Source: Octopus sinensis | Taxonomy: Eukaryota | Length of the DNA: 64,000 nt | Assembly: GCF_006345805.1 (NCBI RefSeq) | Contig: NC_042998.1 | Span: forward strand, 101,928,001-101,992,000 | Direction of reading: 5' to 3' | Program-made: the position numbers and the translations under genes | The notes under the pieces: model-generated | What the model was told of the DNA's origin: nothing | The model's database searches: none | What the model saw: only the letters and a program-made list of their open reading frames with translations | Shown: positions 10,494 to 24,379 of the stretch, piece by piece | Layout: each line of letters opens with the position of its first letter | Position numbering within the stretch: position 1 is the stretch's first letter

Positions 10494-12410
10494 ACACACA
10501 CGCACACACACATATATATATATGCATGTATGTAGATATATGTATCATTATACAACTTGATGTATTTTGTTTGCATGAAGTTTCTTGGTGTTACATAAGA
10601 TCTACATACCTGCTATGAATTCTTAAAGAAAATGTTCTATGCACACGTGAAGCAATCGAGAGAGATCTAATGGCAGAGAGCAACCAACTGGATAATTGAC
10701 TACAAACATAAATACACTTGAATCTTAAGTATAACGGATCATGAACTATCTATAAGTGTGGTAACCATGATATACGCTGGCATATATATACACACTCCTA
10801 CCTTACTTTTACACATACATAGGCGTACCCAAATTGCTTTGACCAAACTTTACTTTTAGAAATTTTAAGAATATCTACAATATCGTCTTATAATTTAATA
10901 TTCACCCATTTACTCCGCCTATTACACTGACCTAAATTTTATGATTTATTTCTTATATTTTGTATTTTCTGGCAATTATGAAGTTCTCGACTACATTCTT
11001 ATCTCTCCATTATATTGTACATTTTTGTATTATAACAATGTAATATTGGGATGTTTTACATATCATTTGCTATACCGTTCGTTTGTATATAATTTACTGT
11101 TTTCCTAATGTACATCTAATGTGTTTTCCCTGCCTGATGTATGTAAATGCTTGTGGATGTACTTGTATACGTACATAGCCATAAGTGATATTGTATATAT
11201 ATATATACATACATACATACATATATATACACATACATATGTCTGTGTATGTACGTATATGTATATATGTGTGTGTGTGTTTTTGTACAGTAGACAGTAC
11301 TGTGGGTATTCATATAAATGTGTATGCGTAGTTATACATAAACATATATGAGCGTGTATATGTATGCTTAAGTTTACATGCATATGTTAATAAAGTTACA
11401 CCTATGTCAATGAGCATCCATACATGAATATAATTTGGAGCATGTTTACATAGGCTTGTATACATGTAAGGTGGACATGTACTAAAATGTCCGTAAATGC
11501 GTTTATAAATGTAATTATCAAACTCTCAATTCTCATAAAAACGTATTTGTATATCTTAGTACATTTATATGTTCAGATTCCTCCTGTCCGTTTGTTATTG
11601 TGCGACCTTAACTCATCGTGATTTATTGTCTGCTGGAAGCACTTTATTCTACGTGGTATACATATATGTAATCTAAATAAGAGAAGTGCTGGTTAGAATT
11701 CCTATGTTGAATGCCTAGTTTTTATGTTCTGGTCATATTTCTTTCTTTCTTTCTTTCTGTCTTCTTTTCTCCATCCTTCTTTTCTGTTTTTTCTACCTTT
11801 ATTTTCACATGTATTCCTATTTATTTATCATTAGTTTTCGAATTTCCATTCTATGTTTGTGTATACTTAAATTCGTAGTTCATATTTCAAAATGATTCCT
11901 TCCGAGAATGTTTCTTACGGATTACCTAATATGTGTGTGCGGTAAGAATTACTGACATTGATTTAGGAATGAATATATTGAAAGAGAGCTGATATTGTTT
12001 TCTGTATTTTTTCTATCAAATACGTTACATGCATTGCATGTATGTGTGTGCTCATATGTGCGTCTCTGTGTGTATGTACAGTAGGGGGAAATTTTCGGAG
12101 TAAGTATTTTAATACCCCAAATGTAATGTGATATTTTAACGTTATGCACAATATATAATAATTGTATTAGAATGCCTTTTGTTCCATCACAGTTACAAAG
12201 AAAAGCCTGTGAAGAGAATTTCTTTTATAGCAAAGTCCCATGTCTCATTCGCCAAAAGGTCACAGAATATGTGTACAAAAGGCTGGAGAATATATTTATT
12301 AAATATCATCATCACAGTTTTTCTAGTGAAAAATGCAAACTAATTACTTAAGAATAACCTTAGATAATTATTCATCTACTTCGAAAAAGGTCATTATTAT
12401 AATTTCCGCA

Positions 12411-13246
12411 ATTTAATGACCATTCTGTTCCAAAATCTGAACAGTAATAAAAAATAAACTCCGAACAATTCGTAAATAAAAATCCATGGTCCGCTACATC
12501 GTTATGGTAAAATAAGGAATATTAGAGCAGTGAGGTGTTGAAAGAATGTTAGTTATAACGAAGTGCGAGTACAGTGGGACATTAGTGAGTGGTACAGAAG
12601 CTTTGTTTTGTCCTTGAGATTCACTTTAGTTTGTCTTTTCTTTCTCTTCAGCAGTTTCCTTGTCTGTCTCACAACCTGCTTCCTTCCATTTCTTTCAGAC
12701 ACGCAACACTCATATAAGCGTTTTCAATATGATTTTTCTTAACTATAATGCATACAAGAAAGTCTGTATTAGGACAGAGTAATAATGGTAATTATTTATT
12801 AAAATCTTTTTCGGAAAATTGCTATGTTGTTTCAGTTTTGTTGAATAAAAAAAAAAAAAAAACAATATCATTGGACTTACAATGTAATTTCTTTTAGAAC
12901 TTAAAAGATATTTAGTTACCATGCTCAGTTTTCTCCTTCAATCGGATTTAATGTTTAATGTATATGTTAATTTATACATACATATATACATACATACATA
13001 CATACATACATAAATACGTACATACATATATGCATACATACATAAATGAATATATATACTACTACCAAATATTTGTTTTTGTTTTGTTTTTGTTTTTCCA
13101 GTTTCAGCTCTTGAGCTGTGGCCATGCTGGGGCACCGCCATTGTATTTACCATAACGATGTAGCGGACCATGGATTTTTATTTACGAATTGTTCGGACTT
13201 TATTTTTTATTACTGTTCAGATTTTGGAACAGAATGGTCATTAAAT
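12411..13246. repeat. About 100 bp inverted repeat: 12411-12512 versus 13144-13246
   Basis: ATTTAATGACCATTCTGTTCC..CGTTATGGTAAA and its near-exact reverse complement. Confidence 0.9.
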
Positions 13247-13261
13247 ATATATATTTTTATT

Positions 13262-13592
13262 TTTGTACTTGTTTCGGTCACTTGACTGAGGCCACGCTGG
13301 AGCATAGCCTTAAAGGGTGTTAGTCGAACAAATAGGTCACAGGACTTATTCTTTGTAAGCCTAGTACTTATTCTATCGTTCTATTTTGCCGAACCGCTAT
13401 GATACGGGAACGTAAACACACCAGCTTTGCTTTTCAAGGAATGGTGCGGGGGACAAACATAGACACAAAGGCACATACACATAAAAATACAAACGCGCGC
13501 GTGCACACATACACACACACACCTATAGCACGGATTTTTTTCCAGTTTCCGTCTACCAAATCTACTCACTAGGCTTTGGTCGGCCTGAGGCT
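13262..13592 (-). mobile_element. SINE family A, head-truncated
   Basis: Reverse complement of the family A body and tail. Confidence 0.8.
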
Positions 13593-13604
13593 CATTAACA
13601 TTAT

Positions 13605-13610
13605 GATTAC

Positions 13611-13679
<69 letters not shown>

Positions 13680-13980
13680 AGACTGCTTGATTCAGCTTCA
13701 TGCGACTTAAAGGTTCTTAGGCTTCTTATGGAGAGTAGCTCGTTCAGGCAGTGGCCAGAGATTGAAGAGTCAGAGGAAATCCATGATGGCCGCTGGGAAA
13801 TGGGGTGCGATTCGTCAAGTTGGGTCACACGGTGTTGCCAGAGGAAGATCGACGATTCAGCGATAGCAGTTCCGTTAGAAAGAGAAATTCTTTGGAACGC
13901 ATGGCTAGACAGGAAGTCGGTGGAGTCTAAATGTTCAGGAGTCGGGAAATTGAAGGCCGGACAGTGTGCGTCCTCGCGCG
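13605..13980 (-). mobile_element. 3' end of a non-LTR retrotransposon with a (TAA)n tail, possibly RLE-type
   Basis: A GC-richer segment ends in about 24 (TAA) units on the minus strand. The translation DFLSSHAFQRISL..TAIAESSIFLWQHR loosely resembles the AxEKASxxxW terminus at 52640-52720. Confidence 0.4.
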
Positions 13981-14188
13981 CGTGTGTGTGAGTGTGTGTA
14001 TACTCTACATGTTTGAATGCATGGATGTAGGTATATAATCGGTTGTATGAAAGTGTGTGTGTGTGTCTTTCGTTTGTCTACTAACTGGTATATATATGAA
14101 ACATGATAAAAATTTGCATATTCATTAGACATGAAATCGGATTAGATAAATAAATAATACATAAATAAATAAATAAATAAATAAATAA

Positions 14189-14221
<33 letters not shown>

Positions 14222-14409
14222 TATATATATATAGTATATTGGAAGAAACTGTCCTGTTCCATTTTGACATACAAAAACAATTATTACATTTTACGTTCTA
14301 ATATTGTTTTCATTATTTGCACATTGATTTGCACTATCGAGCTGAGATTTGTATCGATTTCCCTTTTAGAATGAGCTTATATCAGACCTATATCAGACAC
14401 TGCATCAAC

Positions 14410-14960
14410 AATGGAAACAGCAGGAAATAATTTTCATTTTGTCTATTGAAATGAAGCTTAAAATGTCTGGACATACAAACAATCATTTCGGTTGTTTTTC
14501 TACAAATACTTTTCTCCTGCAGGTACACTTGGATCTGCTTGAGAAAGGTCTGTCAGTGTAACTTCACACTTTGATCATAAAATACCTTCATGAACTGAGA
14601 AAGGTGTCTAAACATAATTAAAGTTAGTTGATCCATCATCACCTGACCACTTCTCAACTTAATCAAAGTGTTGCCCGCTGGGTATCATCAACGGGTAAAC
14701 TTGCTGCCAAACCTTCCCTGGTTAAAATTATCAAAAATAATGAAACGTGGATTCTCTATAATTTTATCCAACTAAGACGACGACGTGTAGTTCCTCATAA
14801 CAAAGAAAATGAAAACATATAACATCAATACTCGAATAAATTATGATCTTTGTTTGCTAAGATATGAAAGATGTCATCAATGAGCGTTAAACTAAAAAGA
14901 AGCAATAGTCGCAGAGGTCTATTTTTGTCATTTGAAGGTATCGCACGAAAATTAGGTGAA
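14410..14960 (+). mobile_element. Strongly decayed mariner transposase fragment
   Basis: LHELRKVSK..HHLTTSQLNQSVA..PSLVKIIKNNETWILYN and IMIFVC*DMKDVI match the mariner WVPHEL, DEKWILY and VMLCVWWD regions. Confidence 0.6.
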
Positions 14961-15724
14961 AAAGCGTCCACCATCGGTCATCCGTAGCTCTGAGTGAATA
15001 ATTTATATAATAACTGAAAAACAAAGAAAGGAAAATATGTTCCTCATATTCGGCAAGTGGAAGGTACGATTTTTGTGATGTGGAAAGGTGGCTGATCTGG
15101 AAAAGCAGCTTAGACCCAGCTACATGTCTAAATTAAAGAACTGAAATTTTGGGATCATGTCCACTTATGCCTAAATATTTGTTACGTTTTTGGTATTCCC
15201 CACCAAGACCACAGATAGAATCTGCATTTCATATTGTGTACAAGCGTTTCATTTCTTACATATATATTTATATACATTTTAAAATATTCATATAAATTTT
15301 TAAAAATAGTTTTATTGCTTTTTTACATATTTTTTCTGTACATGACCTTTCACTATGCATACTTGTGCATGTGCGTATAGAGACGTATGTGTGCGTATAT
15401 GGGTATATATGCGTGTGGCTGTGTGCGTGTATGCGTGTATGCGTGTATGTATATGTGTACATGTGTATGGATGTATGTATATGTATACATATTGGTGTGT
15501 GTGTGTGGGGGTGTGCAGGTATGTGTATCACGCAAGTGTAAGTGAGTATATGTATATAGGCACATGCACGAGGGTCTGTTGCGCACATGTGTATGTATGT
15601 AGATGCGCGCATATGCGGATTTTCTATGAGCGTGGGTTTACATTCTTCAAGTAATTTTGCTTTCTCCTTTTTCGGATAGTTTCCCTTTATTTAACGTTCA
15701 TTTTCATAGCATCTTCGTTTGTCT

Positions 15725-15787
15725 TAATAACTGACGAGATGACGGAGCAGTCTTCCGCCCCGGTATCCGAAACTCTGAGTTTTATTA
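15725..15787 (+). ncRNA. Type I hammerhead ribozyme candidate
   Basis: Stem I is a perfect 6 bp TAATAA/TTATTA. CTGACGA is at 15731-15737. Stem II is GAT/ATC with one extra C. GAAA is at 15769-15772. Stem III is the palindrome ACTC-T-GAGT. The triplet is GUU. Confidence 0.75.
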
Positions 15788-15907
15788 TGGCACCCTACTA
15801 ATTTGTCACATATATTATAGATAAATTCCTCTATTTCCATAATATCGAGCTTTCATTCATTCTTTTGTTGTCATATTATTATTATCATTAATAAAAAAAT
15901 ATGTATA

Positions 15908-16020
<113 letters not shown>

Positions 16021-18681
16021 TGTGTTTGTGTGAGCGTGCTGGGTGTACACACACACTCACATATATATTTATATATGTATGCATATACAACTAATGGCCC
16101 AAGCACCCGCATATGCCACGCACATATACACATGAATATAAGTGTTTATATGCGTATGTGCGTGTGTATGTATATCTGTGAATGCATGTGTGTGTTGCGT
16201 GTGTGTGTGTGCTGGATGGGTGGTGGGTATTTCTAACACTCTTTAGAACAATTTTAATAATAACTACTTTGTATGCGGCCGTTGGTTTAATAGAAGTATA
16301 AACATATCTAATCTCACTCGCTATCATCATTCGAAATTTCGTTATACATACACCTACGTAAAAGGAAAGAAATGACGTGCAAGTCACTTCCCTAATACTT
16401 TTGCTCAGAGGTCAGCTGCAAACGATGTCCAACAAGCAGATAAAAAGCAAGAACGATAATAGAAATATTGAAAGAATAGTAGCAGAAAAACCATTAACGT
16501 ATCTCGTTCTAAAAATGGATGACAGAAACTTTTACTTCACTTCTCTTTGTGCGTGTTATTGGGCCGAAATGGTTATCGGTTCTTGCCTGTAATATATTTT
16601 GAAAGTTTAATACCAAATCATAAAAGTTTTATGAGGAAGAGCAGAAAATAATGAGTAGACATAAATATAAACGTAAATCAAAGAAAACCTATTCATATCT
16701 ATTATATCACAGGAAAGAAATGCATAGATTTAACATTTCGCTAATTGTCTTGCTCTGTTTAGTTCCCCATTAGAAATAAATTCTTAGTGAAATGTCAGTC
16801 GGATTGTACATACTTTATTATATTTTATTATAGAATATTTTATTAAGAAATGTATAATGTATTTATATATATATATATATATATGGGTGTATGTCGGTGT
16901 GCGTTTATATGTATATAGGCTGTTCTGAATGTGTATATAAATTATGTATTTAAGAAATTTTTACATACACGTTATGCTCGTATCTGGTAATGACATCGGA
17001 AAGTATTGTTGCGATTTCAGTTCTTTAGCTGTGATATTTAATTGTAAATTTCCTCAGAATATTACCCATTGTAGAAGTCTATGAATTCTTTGATTTAAAT
17101 ATATTTCAATATGGATTCCTCAATTATAGAATTCTTAAATAAGTGTATTCGTTTAAGTTTCTAATATTGATAACATTTATGGAATAGTCAATGACTATCA
17201 TATTGAAAACATTCTACAATGCGTTACGTCATCTGATGTGTTTTGGATATGAACTAACCATGTAGATAACATGACATACCGGAGGTGACTATTATAACAA
17301 TTTGTTTTATTATTTACTACAGATTAGGAAAGACAGTCCGATGAAACACTTCAGTAAGGTTGGAACCACGAGAGAAATAGGTAACAGACGTAAAGTTACC
17401 CAGAAGACACAATAAAGGAAATAATGCATTACATACTTGTTTAATGATTGTTGAGAAGTGTAACAAAACAAAAGCGTGCCGAGCCCGTGACCACCGTAGA
17501 TCAGAACTACACTCTGCGAAGAAAAGTTTACTATCATTGATACACACACACACACTCACACGCACATACGCTCACACATATTATATATAACTGTTGCGAT
17601 GGTAGAAAGTATATTATGCAGAAGAAATTTATACAGGGTCAAGGGGCCACCAACTTATTCGTATGGACACAGACTATTCACTAAGTATGTAGGAGATTTT
17701 CTTGCTCTGATGTAATTAATATTTGATTTGAGCGATTTTCGTTTGGTAATAACTTTTCTGGTTGACTATCAATGTTCAACAAATCGCAGTTTCTCAAGAA
17801 TATTGATCAAGTATCTGAATACTTAAAATACTTGTTGAACCAAATTGCAACATGGTCTGAAACACAACCTAAAATATTGGCTTAAGATGATAATTATATG
17901 AATTATTTAGCCTTGTTTTTACACAATGAATAAATTATAGTCTTGTAAAGCGCTTCTGCTTGGTAGCTTGTAATCTTGTCTGCCACTTTATAGTAGTCAC
18001 CCATAAATTGGTACCATAGGGTTTAAATGAAATTTACCACATAATCCAGCGGTCACGCGTACACACGTGTCTGCATATGCAGATCCATAGAAGCAGATAA
18101 GGTACATATTTCATTGGTACTTAGTGGTATGTTTTATTTATATGCACAGAGAAGAACCTTAAAAAGAAAATTAAAGGAAAAAATGTCCGCTTCCAATACG
18201 CCTAACATACACATACTAACATATGCGCACATATAGAAACATATATCGTCTTTACACTTCCACATACACTACGATTAAGTCGATGCTATTACATATCTCT
18301 CCTATATTGTAGTACTCAAAAGCACGATACCAAGATATATTGCATATATATATTACGATCAAAATGCTAACATTTTGAACAATTCACACTTTACTTACAA
18401 ATGCCCTGTATTTTCACTTTTTAAATGTTGTTTTAGAGCCATTCAGCAGAAAACGTATCTGCTGAACAAGTGTTTAACTATGTATGGATCGGTGAATATA
18501 TCAGTTCAATTATCTGGAATTATTCTGAATGGTCTGTTTCGGCAAAGAAATGTGTAGGTATTTCCATTTTAAATCGTCACCATCTCTTTGGTCCCCTCCG
18601 TATTACACATCATTACACACACATATACCCATAAGCATGTAAATATTCTATCGATCTATCTATACATGCATATATATGTAC

Positions 18682-18719
<38 letters not shown>

Positions 18720-18764
18720 TTAAAAAAGGAGATGTGGAACACGAGTTGTGATATATAAAAAAAC

Positions 18765-19029
18765 GAAATGAAGAAAATGCTGACAAAATAATTTAAGTAA
18801 GGGAGAGTGTATTTAATTAGGTGAAAGTTCTTTTTACCGGTTGCGCATTTGTTATGCTTATCAAAAGATAGAGTTCCTTTCTGATTGATTTTTTCCTCTT
18901 AAAAATCAATCAGAAAGGAACTCTATCTTTTGATAAGCATAACAAATGCGCAACCGGTAAAAAGAACTTTCACCTAATTAAATACACTCTCCCTTACTTA
19001 AATTATTTTGTCAGCACTTTCTTCATTTC
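18765..19029. repeat. Near-perfect palindrome: 129 bp arms, 7 nt loop, 1 mismatch
   Basis: 18765-18893 is the reverse complement of 18901-19029. The loop is TCCTCTT. Confidence 0.97.
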
Positions 19030-19067
<38 letters not shown>

Positions 19068-19069
<2 letters not shown>

Positions 19070-19433
19070 TCTTTTACTTGCTTCACTCATTTTACTGAGG
19101 CCATGCAGGGGCACAGCCTTAAGGGATTTTAGTCGACCCCGGGACTTATTTTTAAAGCCTAGTTGTTTTTCTATCATATGTTTTGCTGAACCGCTATGTT
19201 ACGGGGATATTAACATCCATCACTGGATGTCAAGCGCTGATGGGGGGACAAACACATAATCACACACACAAGCACATACACATACACATATACAACGAGC
19301 TTTTTCACTTTTTGTCTAACAAATCCTCCCACAAGGATTTGGGCGGCCCGAGGCTAGATTACAAGACATTTTCCCAAGGTGCCACACAATGGAACCATGT
19401 ACTTGGGAAGCAAGTTTCTTAGCACACAACCAC
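19068..19433 (-). mobile_element. SINE family A
   Basis: Reverse complement of the family A consensus, with internal deletions. Confidence 0.8.
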
Positions 19434-19620
19434 AAATGTACCTTAATGCATATATATAAATTTATATACTTATTTTATATTTTGGACTCATGGGTTACAT
19501 GTCGATTAGTGTATTGAAAAGTTTAGTAGAGTACTGGCACAGTTTGGGCTACCTGGTGTCATCCGCAGTCGGGGTATATTACCTTTGGATCTACTTCAGG
19601 AACTCTGCAGTGTTAGTTGA

Positions 19621-19621
19621 G

Positions 19622-19665
<44 letters not shown>

Positions 19666-19672
19666 TATAATT

Positions 19673-19728
<56 letters not shown>

Positions 19729-19761
19729 AATAATTATAATTATAATGATAATGATAATATA

Positions 19762-19817
<56 letters not shown>
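19621..19817 (+). repeat. (TAA)n microsatellite
   Basis: Read directly. Confidence 0.95.
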
Positions 19818-19819
<2 letters not shown>

Positions 19820-22800
19820 CACCGGGGGACGTTTAAGAGAACACCGGGGGACGTTTAAGATGTAAGAACGATACAACAGAGCTCTGAAATCTATCCACAA
19901 ACATCGAAAACAAGGACATCGTATGAAACCAAAGATTTACTAACAAAGGATTGGACTGTACCCAAGTAAGTAATGCTCATTAACATTTATTACTATTTTC
20001 GAAACTAAATGATGTATTTTGACCCGATATCATCTCCAACTCTAACACAACACATGTAAACATGCGTGGATCATTACGATCAATCAGCACCAGATAATCC
20101 CCGACCCCAAACACCATGTACAAAGGAACTACGAAGAAATTAAATACCACCCATATTATTCAACCCAAGAATAACAATCGGGAGGTAGGTACCTTAAACT
20201 TACAACACAAAATGTACGAAAAACTACACGTGCAAAACAATGTGACAACAGAAATGAACGGACCAGTACCCTACGAAAATGACGACCGTCAAAATAATGG
20301 GCCGGACGTTGTTCCTCATGTCCCGCAGATAAAACCCAAAATACATAAAGGGACACGTGAGGAATACATTTCTATCCTACACGCATATTTCACAGCAGTG
20401 CTCTACCCCAAAAATGTAAACACAACAACAAATACATATAAAATATGGAAGGAATATAACATAAATATAGACTTGGATACAGCAATGAACCCTAATAAAA
20501 TAGCTAACGTACGAAGATACATCCTCAAAGCAAAACAAAATATCAGAGATTGAAATAGAACATTTAAAAGAAAAAATACACCAGGAAAATGTAGATAGAA
20601 GCCACACAACGATGCCCATTAATATAAACACTGAAACAGTAAAACACGAAGACAAACGTAACATTCCCAACAAACACGATATAAATAAAAAAACAACAAA
20701 CCCAGACCGTAAGGATGCATAATAATACACGACAAACAGCAAGCCAAAACACGGCAACCAAACATATAATTAAGAAAGAAAGCGACACAAATCTAAAACT
20801 TAGAGACAACAAAGGGGAGCCTAATGATTATGATAATATAAAAAGTAAAATAATCAAAGAATTGAAAACCACAAAGCTCAAAATGGGCCACCGACCATAT
20901 CTCCCAAAAATCAAAATAGACGAAACAACAACACCAATTATAAACAGCATAAACCTTGCCGTCACTGAACTAATAGCCACTGAAAAAAAAAGCGATATCA
21001 CTAAGCTAAATGACTTAGTATACGCAGCAGCCACTGCAGCCACAAAAGAAGCTGGATACTCAATCAAACCCATCCAAACAGGAGTACCACCACCCAAACA
21101 AACCCTGTGGATAAATAACATCCAAAACAAAATACAAAAAATGAGAAAAGATCTGTCGATTCTTAATGAAATCAGTAGACAATCAACGCAACTGAGCAAC
21201 AAAAAGAAAACAAAAATACTCCGCAAATATAACATCAGAGAAAAAGATTTACCTGAGATAAAAGAAAAGCTGAAGCAAGATATCCTTGCCAAAGCACAAA
21301 GGATCCGCCGGTACGAGAAACGCCAGCGCTTCTTTGAACAAAACAAAAAGTTCAACTCCAACCACAAAAAGTTCTACCAAGAACTTGGCAAAAATAAAAT
21401 AGAAGTCACTGCAGCACCAACGGCAGAAGAAGTGGAAGAATTCTGGAGAAAAATATGGTCGGCGAACGAACAACCAAAAAAAAGATGTATCAAACCAACA
21501 AACTCAGCATCTGAGCAAATTTGGACCCCCATAACAACTGAAGAGGTCACCCAGGCACTGCAAAGACTAAGCAACTGGAAGGCACCTGGGCATAACAAGA
21601 TCCCCAACCTCTGGTTGGAATATCTAGCAGGAATGCACAAAAAGCTGGCTGAAAACTTTAACAGCATACTAGCAGAGCCAGAGACAATCCCTCAATGGCT
21701 TACGAAGGGAAAACCATCGTAATTCCTAAATCAAATGAGACATCAAAACCAGAAAACTACAGACAAATAACCTGTCTCCCTACAATGTAGAAGGCATTTG
21801 CTGCAGTGATATCGCAAAGGCTGAACAAGCACCTGGACGAAAACAACCTGTTTCCAGAAGAGCAGAAAGGATGCCGCAAAGGCTCATATGGCTGTAAAGA
21901 TCAACTAATGATTAATAAAGCCATAACTGAAGACAGCCACAGAAAGAAGAAAGGCCTCAGTATGGCCTGGATCGACTACAAATAGGCGTTTGATAGCATC
22001 CCTCAAACATGGATCCTCGAAACACTAGCCATTAACAATGTAGCACCAACAATTATAAAATCCATAGGACACTCTATGAATAAATGGCCAACAGTGCTAC
22101 ATCTCCAAACAAAAGAGGGACTCATGAAACCCAAAGCCATCCCCATTAGAAGAGGAATATTCCAGGGAGACACGCTCTCTCCACTCCTTTTCTGCTTGGC
22201 ACTGTCACCTCTATCTGATATGCTAAATAGAACTGGATGCGGATATAAATGTTACGGCAAAACGATCAGCGACCTTTTATATATGGATGACCTAAAACTA
22301 TACGCTGCAAATGACAAACAGCTAGAAACACTATTAAAGACAGTTCATGGATTTACCAAAGAAATAGATATGAAATTTGGATTAGAAAAATGCGCCAAAG
22401 TAACCCTGAAAAGAGGAAAACTAGTTAAGAGTAGCAACAAAACACTAGATAAAACCAATGAAATAAAAGAATTAGACCAAAGCCAAACTTACAAATACTT
22501 AGGAATCCATGAACTAGATAAGATACAACACACACAAATGAAAGAGAAAATAAAAAAGAATATTATAGACGTGTTAGATCAATACTAAAAACAGAGCTCA
22601 ATGCTAAAAACAAGATAATAGGTATTAACACTTTAGCTGCCCCAGTTATAAGTTACAGCTACGATATCCTTAACTGGACACTAAATGAACTGACCAAAAT
22701 AGATAGGAAAACAATAAAAATAATGACAGGATCTAGGATGCATCACCCAAAATCTGACATAGAAGGACTATATATACAACGTATAGAAGGTGGTAGAGGC

Positions 22801-23936
22801 CTTATACAGCTGGAAAACTACTATAAAATAACCACCATAGGACTGCAAAAATATCTACTTCAGAAGGAAGGAAAACTGATACAAATAGCTTCAAAACACG
22901 AGCAAAACAAAGAACTGTTCTCAGTATTTAAGGAAGCTGACAAATACAAACAAGAAATCATACCACCTAACAAATATGAAGAAGAATAAGAAGAAGATAA
23001 AGAAACAACAAAAGCTATAAAACAAATGAAATCCAAACTAAAAATAGAACAGCAAAGAACTGTGATAAAACGATGGCAAGAAAAGCCCCTTCATGGTAAA
23101 TACTGGACTAAACTAAATGCAAAAGAAATAGACAAAGAAAAATCGCAACAATGGTTGAGAAGCTCAGGACTCAAAGCAGAGACAGAGGGATTTTTAATTG
23201 CAGCACAAGACCAAAGCCTCCCTACCAGAAATTACCAAAAACATGTAATGAAAAGAAATATTACAAGTAACTGCAGAATATGTGGAGATGGACAAGAAAC
23301 AATAAATCATATTATCTCTGGCTGCCCAGTCCTGTGTAAGAAGGAATATATTCACAGAGACGACAGAGTTGGGACCTATATACACTGGAAGCTATGCCAA
23401 CATTATGGAATAACAACAGAAAAAAGATGGTATAGGCACACACCAGAAAAGGTTACAGATAACGAGAAAGCGACCATACTCTGAGATATGCCAATACACA
23501 CAGATAGAGAAATTAAGTCCAACAGACCAGATATAGTTGTCAGAGATCATGAAGAAAAAAAAAATGCTTTCTAATTGATGTATCAATACCGGCAGATGAC
23601 AACGTGCCTCTAAAAGAAATGGAGAAACTTTCAAAATACAAAGACCTGGAAATAGAGGTAACCAGAATGTGGAATCTAAAAACAGAAACAATCCCTATGA
23701 TAGTAGGTGCATTAGGCATGATAAAAAAATATTCAGACAAATACATAACAAAAACACCAGGACTTACAAACACATATAACATACAGAAATTGCACTACTA
23801 GGCACTGCACACATCCTACGCAGAACACTTTCCATACAATAACCATCAGAGCATTACAACAAATCACAGCACATACCCAAGGCACACAGAGCTGCGCTCG
23901 GTAGTGAAGTGAAAGCACGCTATAAAAATAAAACTA

Positions 23937-23940
<4 letters not shown>
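19818..23940 (+). mobile_element. Near-full-length decayed R4/Dong-clade non-LTR retrotransposon (RT, CCHC and restriction-like endonuclease)
   Basis: A single broken ORF runs from about 20116 to 23842. Motifs: KLKQDILAKAQRIRRYEK, WKAPG, EEQKGC, AWIDYK*AFDS, GIFQGDTLSPLLF, YMDD, CRICG..ETINHIISGC, NRPDIVV..LIDVSIP, KYKDL, IVGALG, ALLGTAHILR. It is flanked by (TAA)n on both sides. Confidence 0.92.
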
Positions 23941-23974
<34 letters not shown>

Positions 23975-24020
23975 TAATAATTTCTTAACTATAAGATAGA
24001 TTTGGTATTAATCTTTATTT

Positions 24021-24135
24021 TGTACAACGGGCGTTTCGACCCATCTTTCTACTGTTCAGTATTGGCTGGACTCCGTTGAACATGTTGAACATTGAACATT
24101 GCATCTAATTTGCAATCTAGGTCTCATGAGGTATA
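24021..24135 (-). ncRNA. Type I hammerhead relic with a G5C core mutation
   Basis: The minus strand reads TATAC-CTCATGA-GACC..(about 78 nt)..GGTC-GAAA-C-GCCC-G-TT-GTACA. Confidence 0.6.
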
Positions 24136-24379
24136 ATGATACATAAAGTTGTGTCGCGCTAAAGATCCTGAGTTTTAACTGTTATGTTGCTATATGTCCG
24201 TCTGGTTACGGAATGAAACATTGCTACATTTTCAATTACTATTATCTTTCTATAAGAATCGCAAAGATTTGTTAATATAGACAAATAATTGTTAATAAAA
24301 AACCAATGTAGGGGAAGCGAATGGATGGACAGGGATGGAATGAGTTAAAGTTAAATGGAACTTATCTTGAGAAATGTAA

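Noticed and set aside
17322-17415. Possible small host exon after a pyrimidine-rich AG
   Set aside because: The peptide is unrecognisable, there are no partner exons, and splice-like motifs are common by chance.
19818-20050. Possible HDV-like ribozyme at the 5' end of the R4/Dong element
   Set aside because: Such ribozymes are known in some RLE elements, but I could not build a nested double pseudoknot by eye. It needs a descriptor search.
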